Shown piece by piece: positions 54,369 through 64,000 of a stretch of 64,000 bases of DNA. The stretch's first letter is position 1; the number at the start of each line of letters is the position of its first letter. The stretch lies in sequence record NC_028881.1. One strand, 5' to 3'. The DNA comes from Escherichia phage vb_EcoM-VR5. The notes below the pieces were generated by a model. That model did not search any database and was not told the DNA's origin. It saw only the letters and a list, made by a program, of their open reading frames with translations. The translations under genes and the position numbers were made by a program.

Positions 54369-55894
54369 TGTCAACAAACACACTAAAACACATTAGTGAT
54401 AAATCGGAATTCAAATCATTCGACCCTACTGGGTCGAATTTCCCGCCTGATATTACTAATGTTCAAGAAGCATTGGCAACTATTTCATTAATCGGCGTCA
54501 CAGGTAATGTCCCTTCAGCCACAGAAACATCCCAAGGTATTATTCGTCTTGCCACAACACAAGAAGTAATGGATGGGTTGGATGCTTATAGTGCAGTGAC
54601 TCCGGCAACTTTAAAAGCACGTTTAGATATTCCTACTCAGGCAACAGAAACTTATGTAGGTATCACCCGTTATGCTACTAACGCTGAAGCTATAGCAGGC
54701 ACAGAGCCCCAGGCTGCAATCGTAGCAACCTCTTTGAAAGCGGTAATGGATTATACATTTGAGAACCGGTTATCAACAGAGAATGCTACAGGCGTTATCA
54801 AGATTTCAACTACACCTGCCGCATTAGCTGGTACAGATGATACCACAGCAATGTCCCCACTTAAAGTATCTCAAGCAATTGGTGCGGCCACAGCAGCGTT
54901 ACCGGTTTATTCTACGGCAACGACCACAAATGAAGGTTTAGTTCGTTTAGCAACAAACGGTGAAGTAGGTAATGGAAATCTTTCTGTCGGTATTGCTATT
55001 TCTCCTGCTGGCTTGGCCACATTAACTTCTACCGAATCACGAAGTGGGATTATTAAACTTGCCGGTTGGGATTTAGTGTCAAATGGTACTGACCATACTG
55101 CCGCTGTTACTCCGGCATCTTTGCTAGCTCGTACAGGTAATACAGGACGAATTGGGTTGGTGCGTTTAACTACTACAGTAGGTCAAGGTGACGGTAATAC
55201 TGCCTTAGCTTATAACGCTAACGTTATTTCTACTTCAGGTGGTGATATTTGGGGAACATTAAACGTTAACGGAGCCTTACGTCGTAATGGTGTTGATGTT
55301 GTTACACATGACCAATTATCAGATAGTGTTCCTGTTGGTACTATTTGTATGTGGGGTGGAAATGAAGGTAATATCCCAGGTAAATGGCGAGCTTGTGTAG
55401 GTGGGACTTATACTGGTGGTGCATATTTAAATGCTGTTGGTGGGCGTTGGGGATGGTGGGGTGCTATTCCGGATTTCCGTGGATTATATCCTCGCGGCGC
55501 TAACATGGTTGGTGGATATTCTGAAGGTGAAGTAAACCCACATATTGCAGGCAATCGTGGTGAAGACGGTAAAGGCAAAGCCCGTTTAGGTAACGGTGTA
55601 GGTTCGTTCCCACAATCTTCAGTCCAGGCACAAGCATTAAGATATCATAAACACGCAGGTGGATTTGGCGAACACGATAACGCAGGCGCTTTTGGTAATA
55701 CTGCAAACCAAGGTTATGCAGGTACTCGTAAAGGCCTTGATTGGGACAACCGCAGTTATTATACCAACGAAGGTTTTGAGACAGTTGATGCATGGCAACG
55801 TGACGGTTATACCACACTGAACAGTGAAGGTCTTATTGCCAATGAAACACGTCCATGGACAATGTCCGTTCTTTTTATTATTAAAGTAGAATAA
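54368..55894 (+). CDS. 12: short tail fibre gp12
   Basis: 508 aa; MSTNTLKHISDKSEFKSFDPTG...FPPDITNVQEA...; C-terminal ...YHKHAGGFGEHDNAGAFGNT..RKGLDWDNRSY.TNEG...GNETRPW... is collinear with T4 gp12. Confidence 0.93.
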   Translation: MSTNTLKHISDKSEFKSFDPTGSNFPPDITNVQEALATISLIGVTGNVPSATETSQGIIRLATTQEVMDGLDAYSAVTPATLKARLDIPTQATETYVGITRYATNAEAIAGTEPQAAIVATSLKAVMDYTFENRLSTENATGVIKISTTPAALAGTDDTTAMSPLKVSQAIGAATAALPVYSTATTTNEGLVRLATNGEVGNGNLSVGIAISPAGLATLTSTESRSGIIKLAGWDLVSNGTDHTAAVTPASLLARTGNTGRIGLVRLTTTVGQGDGNTALAYNANVISTSGGDIWGTLNVNGALRRNGVDVVTHDQLSDSVPVGTICMWGGNEGNIPGKWRACVGGTYTGGAYLNAVGGRWGWWGAIPDFRGLYPRGANMVGGYSEGEVNPHIAGNRGEDGKGKARLGNGVGSFPQSSVQAQALRYHKHAGGFGEHDNAGAFGNTANQGYAGTRKGLDWDNRSYYTNEGFETVDAWQRDGYTTLNSEGLIANETRPWTMSVLFIIKVE

Positions 55895-55903
55895 GGGTAA
55901 AAA

Positions 55904-58210
55904 ATGATTAACAAATTGGAACTTAGTGAGTTACCATTTGTTGACGGCGTACCTGAAGCTCCTCAAAAGCGTATCCAATGGATACGCGAGGGTGATTGTA
56001 TGTCTGCAGCAAAAACAAAATACGGCAATGAAGGTAATTTGAACGCTGCTGCTTTAGGAGTTCAGAAAAACGTAGAAGCTCTTGATGCCAACGATTTAAA
56101 AACTGCTGATAAAGTTAATGAGCTTATAGAAAACGTTAATATTATCAATGATGCTTTAGAAGTGTCTACAGATATTTCGGTTATCCAACAAATTGAGAAA
56201 AACCGTGTTGATATTGTAAACCTTAAAAAAGTCACTGAAGATACAACAGAAAAATTGGACACTTTAACAACCAATTTTGATTTCTTGCGTGAAGATGTTG
56301 GATATCATGACCCTTTACAAGATGGTCCATATTTAACCGTACGTGAAAATATCGTTCTTCTTAAAAATGAAATTGGCCACTATGAAAACCAGGATATAAA
56401 CGGTAATCCTTTACCCCCTGGTGAAACTAATGAAGCCACTGGTATTAAACGCCGCATCATGGATAATACCACTGAATTGGTCGACCATCGCCTTCGTATT
56501 GATACTCTTGAAAGGAATTATGAAGATTCTGATGTAGGGCAATTAGGTATTAAACTAAATGAAATTCGTTCGGAACTAGGCCCTCATTCCGATACGGTAG
56601 GTAAACAACCTGCTTATACCCGAATTTCAGTATTAGAAACGGCTGCAGTTAATTTTAATACGGCTATTGACGAAATTAAGGATAATATTGATTTCTCCGG
56701 CATGCCTATAAAGGACCGAGTAACTACTTTAGAAAGCAAAACTCTTACCTTAGAAAATTCGGTTAACGTTGATTTAAAACCTAGAGTAACTTCTATAGAA
56801 ACTCAAATCGGGTCCGAGGCCACACCTGCATCTATTAACGGACGTTTAAGCGGACTTCGTACTGATGTAAATGATTTAAAAACCATTGTAGGTAATAGTT
56901 CTAGTGAAGGGCTTCGTTTCCAGGTTTCCGATATTAATCGACGCCTTGGTAGTGAAGTGTCTCCTGCTGCCGGGACGCTTAATAAGCGTTTGAATGATGT
57001 TATTATTCAAGCAAACCAATCCACCTCGTCTATCCAGGATATTCAGGTAGAAATTGGTAACAACCAATCCGGTATAAAAGGTACTTTGCTTAAGCTCACA
57101 AATAAGGTTGACGGGACGAACCCTAACGGAGCTACTGTAGAAGAACGTGGTCTTATTAATGCGGTTACTTCTTTAGAAACTCAAATGCAAGGTAAATTAG
57201 GGGACGCACCTTCTGATGGTAAACTCTATGCACGTCGAAATGCGGCATGGGCTGAAGTTGTTAATAACTCCATGGAAATAGAATCTGTTAAGGCCGATTT
57301 AGTTGTTACCAATGGTAAAGTGACCACTTTAACTTCTAGAGTCGATGGTAATGATACCTCAATTTCTTCTCTTGATACTCGCACCGGTGCTTTAAACACC
57401 TCGGTAGGAGAAATTAAAGCCGATATTGTTTTGTTAAAATCTAAAGATACAGATCAGGATAATCGTATTACTGCTTTGGAAGAAAGTGACGTAACAATTA
57501 ATGGCAAAATAACGGCATTAGAAACCAAGACAGATACCACAGATTCTGACGTTACTGCTTTGGCTTTAGATGTGAGTTCTATAGAATCGCAATTAATTCC
57601 TATTAAAGCTGATATAACCAAGAATAAAGGTGATATCGTTACTTTAACCGGGCGAGTAGCAGCCAACGAAGGTGAAATTACTGATATTAAATTAGATACC
57701 GCTAAAATAGCTCCTTTGACTACTAGAGTTACTACCGCTGAAGGTAAAATTTCTACTCTTGAAACAGGTTTAGCCGCAGTTAAAGTTGAATCGGATAAAG
57801 TTGCAGGAATTGATACTCGCCTTGGCACTGCAGAAGGTGACATCGGAACACTTAAAACAGGTTTAGCTGCTGTTAAAGTCGAATCAGATAAAGTAGCGGC
57901 TATAGATACCCGTTTGGGTGTTGTTGAAGTTGAATCAGGTAAAGTAGCAGGAATCGATACCCGTTTAGCCACTGTTGAAGGTGAAGTTAGTACTCTTGAA
58001 ACAGGTTTAGCTGCTGTTAAAGTCGAATCAGATAAAGTTTCAGGAATTGATACTCGTTTATCTGCAGCCGAAGCTAAAATCACTGCACTAGAAACTGAAC
58101 TAGGTAAACGTCCACCGGTGGCTCCTGCTGCAGACGGACTTCCGTATGTTCTGGTTGATAATGCATGGGTGCTATTGTCAGATTTTGTGACTTTAAACCC
58201 GGCACCATAA
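55904..58210 (+). CDS. wac: fibritin (whisker antigen control, wac), expanded coiled coil
   Basis: 768 aa versus about 487 aa in T4; long coiled coil with tandem repeats; C-terminal foldon-like ...GLPYVLVDNAWVLLSDFV. Confidence 0.88.
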   Translation: MINKLELSELPFVDGVPEAPQKRIQWIREGDCMSAAKTKYGNEGNLNAAALGVQKNVEALDANDLKTADKVNELIENVNIINDALEVSTDISVIQQIEKNRVDIVNLKKVTEDTTEKLDTLTTNFDFLREDVGYHDPLQDGPYLTVRENIVLLKNEIGHYENQDINGNPLPPGETNEATGIKRRIMDNTTELVDHRLRIDTLERNYEDSDVGQLGIKLNEIRSELGPHSDTVGKQPAYTRISVLETAAVNFNTAIDEIKDNIDFSGMPIKDRVTTLESKTLTLENSVNVDLKPRVTSIETQIGSEATPASINGRLSGLRTDVNDLKTIVGNSSSEGLRFQVSDINRRLGSEVSPAAGTLNKRLNDVIIQANQSTSSIQDIQVEIGNNQSGIKGTLLKLTNKVDGTNPNGATVEERGLINAVTSLETQMQGKLGDAPSDGKLYARRNAAWAEVVNNSMEIESVKADLVVTNGKVTTLTSRVDGNDTSISSLDTRTGALNTSVGEIKADIVLLKSKDTDQDNRITALEESDVTINGKITALETKTDTTDSDVTALALDVSSIESQLIPIKADITKNKGDIVTLTGRVAANEGEITDIKLDTAKIAPLTTRVTTAEGKISTLETGLAAVKVESDKVAGIDTRLGTAEGDIGTLKTGLAAVKVESDKVAAIDTRLGVVEVESGKVAGIDTRLATVEGEVSTLETGLAAVKVESDKVSGIDTRLSAAEAKITALETELGKRPPVAPAADGLPYVLVDNAWVLLSDFVTLNPAP
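57750..58075 (+). repeat. tandem ~93-nt (31-aa) repeats inside the fibritin gene (approximate)
   Basis: About 3.5 copies of gaaacaggtttagc.gc.gttaaagt.gaatc.gataaagt.gc.g.aat.gatac.cg, encoding TLETGLAAVKVESDKVAGIDTRLG.AEG.I. Confidence 0.7.
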
Positions 58211-58211
58211 T

Positions 58212-58233
58212 AAAAGGGCTTCGGCCCTTTTTT
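58212..58233 (+). terminator. rho-independent terminator after wac (approximate)
   Basis: AAAAGGGC-TTCG-GCCCTTTTTT (UUCG tetraloop plus U tract). Confidence 0.75.
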
Positions 58234-58235
58234 GC

Positions 58236-58243
58236 TATAAATA
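58236..58243 (+). promoter_or_regulatory. late promoter TATAAATA for gene 13 (approximate)
   Basis: CTATAAATACGG about 22 nt upstream of the gene 13 ATG. Confidence 0.65.
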
Positions 58244-58264
58244 CGGTTATTAGAGGAATAAAAC

Positions 58265-59200
58265 ATGGCAAGTGAATCGTATAACCCTAAACAACTCAAG
58301 GACGCAATCTTACGTCGCCTGGGTGCGCCAATAACAAATATTGAAGTAACTACTGACCAAGTATATGATTGTATCCAGAGGGCTCTAGAGCTCTACGGTG
58401 AGTATCATTACAATGGCTACAATAAAGGCTATCAGGCTTTTTATATTGGCCATGATGACGAAGAAAAATTTCGAAACGGGGTATTTGACCTTAAAGGACG
58501 TAATATATTTGCGGTGACACAAATTTTAAGAACTAATGTCGGTTCTTTAACATCTATGGACGGGCAAGCAACTTATCCATGGTTTACCGACTTTGTATTA
58601 GGTTTGGCAGGTATTAATGGAGGTCTCGGGTCTTCATGTAATAGTTTCGGCCCTAATGCCTTTGGTGCAGACCTTGGATATTTTACCCAATTGATGCAGT
58701 ATCGTTCTATGATGCAAGACCTTTTAGTTCCACTACCAGATTATTGGTATAACGATGCCACAGAACAATTAAAAGTAATGGGTAACTTTGTTAAAGGCGA
58801 TTTTATCGTAATTGAAGTTTATACTCGCTCTTTTAACGGAGTTGATTCCATGGTAGGAAATACCGCAGGGTACGGCTATGCTTCCGGTGGCTGTGATGAA
58901 AACGAATGGAGTCCAGGGGCTATTTGGGACAATCCTGCACGTCGAATTTCAGGCATGAGAGCTGGCGAGGACCTTGGTCTACAAGACGGTGCATATAACA
59001 ACCGTTGGGTTAAAGATTACGCTACTGCATTAGTTAAAGAAGTCAATGGCAATATTCTAGCCAAACACCAGGGTATGCAATTGGCAGGTGGAACCACTGT
59101 AGATGGTATCCGATTAATTGAAGAAGCTCGTTTAGAAAAAGAACGTCTTCGCGAAGAATTAGATTTGCTCGACCCACCAACACCTATTTTAATTGGATAA
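58265..59200 (+). CDS. 13: neck protein gp13
   Basis: 311 aa (T4 gp13 309 aa). Confidence 0.9.
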   Translation: MASESYNPKQLKDAILRRLGAPITNIEVTTDQVYDCIQRALELYGEYHYNGYNKGYQAFYIGHDDEEKFRNGVFDLKGRNIFAVTQILRTNVGSLTSMDGQATYPWFTDFVLGLAGINGGLGSSCNSFGPNAFGADLGYFTQLMQYRSMMQDLLVPLPDYWYNDATEQLKVMGNFVKGDFIVIEVYTRSFNGVDSMVGNTAGYGYASGGCDENEWSPGAIWDNPARRISGMRAGEDLGLQDGAYNNRWVKDYATALVKEVNGNILAKHQGMQLAGGTTVDGIRLIEEARLEKERLREELDLLDPPTPILIG

Positions 59201-59202
59201 TT

Positions 59203-59976
59203 ATGGCTACTTTCGATTCGAGTTTATTCGCTAAGCTAGAAAATAATACTGGCTATGCCACTACGAACGAAACTGAAATAATGAACCCTTTCGTCAACTT
59301 TTATCGCCATGAGAACACCCAAACATTGGCTGATGCTTTAGTTGCTGAGTCTATTCAAATGCGTGGTATCGAGCTTTATTATATACCACGTGAATATGTT
59401 AAACCCGACCAGCTATTTGGCGAAGACCTTCAGAATAAATTTACTAAGGCCTGGAAGTTTGCGGGTTATTTGGATTCCTTTGAAGGTTATTCTGGTGACA
59501 ATACTTATTTCAGTAAGTTTGGTATGATGGTTAATGATGAAGTAACAATCACAATTAACCCTAACCTTTTTAAACATCAATGCAATGGTACTGAACCAGC
59601 TTCAGGCGATTTGATTTATTTCCCTATGGATAATAGTCTATTCGAAATTAACTGGGTTCAACCTTACGACCCGTTCTATCAAGTTGGTACAAACGTCCAG
59701 CGTCGTATTACTGCTACCAAGTTCATTTATAATGGCGAAGAACTTCGTCCTGAATTACAGAGAAATGAAGGTATTAATATTCCTGAATTCAGTGAGCTTG
59801 ATTTAATGCCTGTTAAGAATATTGATGGGTTGGCTGATATCTCAGATATCCAATATGAAGAGGTTAATGAGATTAATGCTGAAGCGGCGGAATTCGTACA
59901 CCCTTATGTGGTGATTAATGGTAGAGGAGCATCTTCTCCTCCTACAGCATTTGATGATGCTTTTTTAGATGATTAA
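59203..59976 (+). CDS. 14: neck protein gp14
   Basis: 257 aa (T4 gp14 256 aa). Confidence 0.9.
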   Translation: MATFDSSLFAKLENNTGYATTNETEIMNPFVNFYRHENTQTLADALVAESIQMRGIELYYIPREYVKPDQLFGEDLQNKFTKAWKFAGYLDSFEGYSGDNTYFSKFGMMVNDEVTITINPNLFKHQCNGTEPASGDLIYFPMDNSLFEINWVQPYDPFYQVGTNVQRRITATKFIYNGEELRPELQRNEGINIPEFSELDLMPVKNIDGLADISDIQYEEVNEINAEAAEFVHPYVVINGRGASSPPTAFDDAFLDD

Positions 59977-59985
59977 ATAATACAT

Positions 59986-60005
59986 GGCGCGTGGTGCGCC
60001 ATTTT
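59986..60005 (+). terminator. terminator-like hairpin between genes 14 and 15 (approximate)
   Basis: GGCGC-GTGGT-GCGCC followed by ATTTT, then SD AGGAGG of gene 15. Confidence 0.5.
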
Positions 60006-60015
60006 AGGAGGTTTG

Positions 60016-60878
60016 ATGTTTGGACATTGGTATAATAGTTCGCTACGTCGCTATATTGTTTTGATGGGTGATTTATTTTCCCATGTTCAAGTAGCGCGTC
60101 AAAGAGAAGACACAGGGCTTAAATTTATTAAAGTTCCTATTACTTATGCTTCTAAAGAAAGATTTATGGCTAATTTAGGTAAGTGGACGGCAGTTCAAAA
60201 TATCCCAAACCCTAATATGTCTCCTAAAGAAAGGGCTGAACAAAAAGCTAAAGTGGAAACTGTTCTTCCACGTATGAACCTTCAAATGGTTGACATGCTT
60301 TATAACTCACAATACAAAACAGCCCTTCAAAATAGAACACAAATACAATTTGAGAATGGGGACCCGCGAAAACGAGTCAGCCAATATTCTCCTACTCCAG
60401 TAAAAATGATTTTTGAATTAGGCATTTACACTAGAACTCAAGATGATATGTTCCAAATTGTGGAACAAATTATGCCGTATTTCCAACCTCACTTTAATAC
60501 AACAATTACCGAACTCTATACAAACGAAATTAAATTTGACCGTGATATTCGTATTGTATTTCAATCTATAGCAATGGATGAGCAATTAGAAGGTGATACC
60601 AGTTCGCGTCGTCGCTTGGAATGGTCTATGATGTTTGAGGTTAACGGATGGCTGTATCCTCCTGTTAAAGAAATGGAAGGCGAAATCAAAACCATTTATC
60701 TTGATTTCTTTGCCAACTCTAAAGAACTCGCTCCTGAAGGTAATTTTGAATCTGTTGATAGTGAAGTGGTTCCTAGAGGCGTAGAAGAAAAAGAATGGGA
60801 TGGTAAATCCATTCAAACATATTCACAAGATATTCCGGTGCCTGTTGAACCAGAACCTCCAGCACCAAGGAGAAACTC

Positions 60879-60882
<4 letters not shown>
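60016..60882 (+). CDS. 15: tail sheath stabiliser / tail completion protein gp15
   Basis: Track ORF starts with TTG at 60013; ATG at 60016 gives [24 protein letters not shown]... matching T4 gp15 MFGYFYNSSFRRY... Confidence 0.92.
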
Positions 60883-63192
<2,310 letters not shown>

Positions 63193-63221
63193 ACAATAAA
63201 GCATAACCAAGAGGATTCAAA

Positions 63222-64000
63222 ATGGCTTTATTATCACCGGGCATTGAGCTCAAAGAAACGTCCGTACAGAGTACTGTCGTTCGTAACGCAACGGGTCGTG
63301 CAGCGCTGGTTGGTAAATTCCAGTGGGGCCCTGCTTTCCAGGTAACTCAGATTACTAATGAAGTTGAACTGGTCGACTTATTTGGTGGCCCTAATAACGA
63401 AGTAGCAGATTACTTTATGTCTGGTATGAACTTCCTCCAGTATGGTAATGACCTTCGTACGGTTCGTGTTGTTAGTCGCGACCACGCTAAAAACGCATCA
63501 CCAGTTGCAGGTAACATTGAGACCACTATTACTACGGCAGGTTCCAACTATGCAGTAGGCGATAAAATCAATATTAAATATAACCAAACTGTTGTCGAAT
63601 CTGAAGGTCGTGTGACTTCCGTAGATACAGATGGTAAAATTCTTTCTGTGTTTATTCCATCAGCAAAAATTATTGCTTATGCCCGTTCTTTAAACCAGTA
63701 TCCTACCCTAGGCCCGGCATGGACCGCTGAAGTTACTTCTGCTTCTTCTGGTGTGTCTGGTACTATTACTGTTGGTAAAATCGTAACCGATTCCGGTATT
63801 CTTTTGACCGAAGCCGAGAATAGTGAAGAAGCTATTACTTCTCTTGAATTCCAAGCGGCCCTTAAGAAATTTGCTATGCCAGGCGTCGTGGCTCTTTATC
63901 CGGGTGAAATTGGTTCTACTCTGGAAGTTGAAATTGTTTCTAAAGCAGCTTATGATGCTGGTTCTTCTAAAATGTTGGATATTTATCCAAATGGCGGCAC
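63222..64000 (+). CDS. 18: tail sheath protein gp18, N-terminal part (continues past window end)
   Basis: MALLSPGIELKETSVQSTVVRNATGRAALVGKFQWGPAFQVTQITNEVELVDLFG... is collinear with the T4 gp18 N-terminus. Confidence 0.92.
   Translation, partial: MALLSPGIELKETSVQSTVVRNATGRAALVGKFQWGPAFQVTQITNEVELVDLFGGPNNEVADYFMSGMNFLQYGNDLRTVRVVSRDHAKNASPVAGNIETTITTAGSNYAVGDKINIKYNQTVVESEGRVTSVDTDGKILSVFIPSAKIIAYARSLNQYPTLGPAWTAEVTSASSGVSGTITVGKIVTDSGILLTEAENSEEAITSLEFQAALKKFAMPGVVALYPGEIGSTLEVEIVSKAAYDAGSSKMLDIYPNGG

Noticed and set aside
57454-58299. Minus-strand ORF of 281 aa inside wac
   Set aside because: Lies antisense to the fibritin repeat region; its Ser/Thr/Ala-rich repetitive translation is a by-product of the sense-strand repeats.

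Overview
This window is a contiguous segment of a T4-like (T-even, Tevenvirinae-type) myophage genome. Positions 1-41667 are read almost entirely on the minus strand and carry early/middle genes in T4 order: 44, 45, rpbA-like, 46, 47, 55, 49, nrdC, rI, tk, regB, denV, ipII, ipIII, e, nudE, a small tRNA cluster, ipI-like, 57B (Acb1), 57A, 1, 3, 2, 4. Between these conserved anchors sit hyperplastic blocks of small and unknown ORFs. Positions 41714-64000 are the plus-strand late morphogenesis module: 53, 5, 5.1, 5.4, 6, 7, 8, 9, 10, 11, 12, wac, 13, 14, 15, 16, 17 and the start of 18. Homology calls rest on reading the translated ORFs against remembered T4 proteins and on synteny; no database search was run. 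The ORF track evidently uses TTG/GTG as starts, so several 5' ends were trimmed to the first ATG with a Shine-Dalgarno; adjusted CDS starts are arithmetic from the track, while non-CDS coordinates are hand-counted and approximate (about +/-2 nt). Most worth a second look: (1) at least 13 copies of a conserved promoter-plus-stem-loop cassette (PeSL-like) in the minus-strand accessory regions, plus one inverted copy between genes 3 and 2; (2) a tandem array of five small paralogous genes ending in a conserved ...W-x-S-S-S-x-x-Cys tail; (3) a membrane protein / Pol-beta-type nucleotidyltransferase operon beside an AAA+-like ATPase; (4) a macro-domain protein with two exported proteins next to tk/regB; (5) four capsid-targeting-sequence internal-protein genes; (6) homologous GC-rich structured intergenic elements that look like gene-end remnants. 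No CRISPR array, integrase or transposase was seen.
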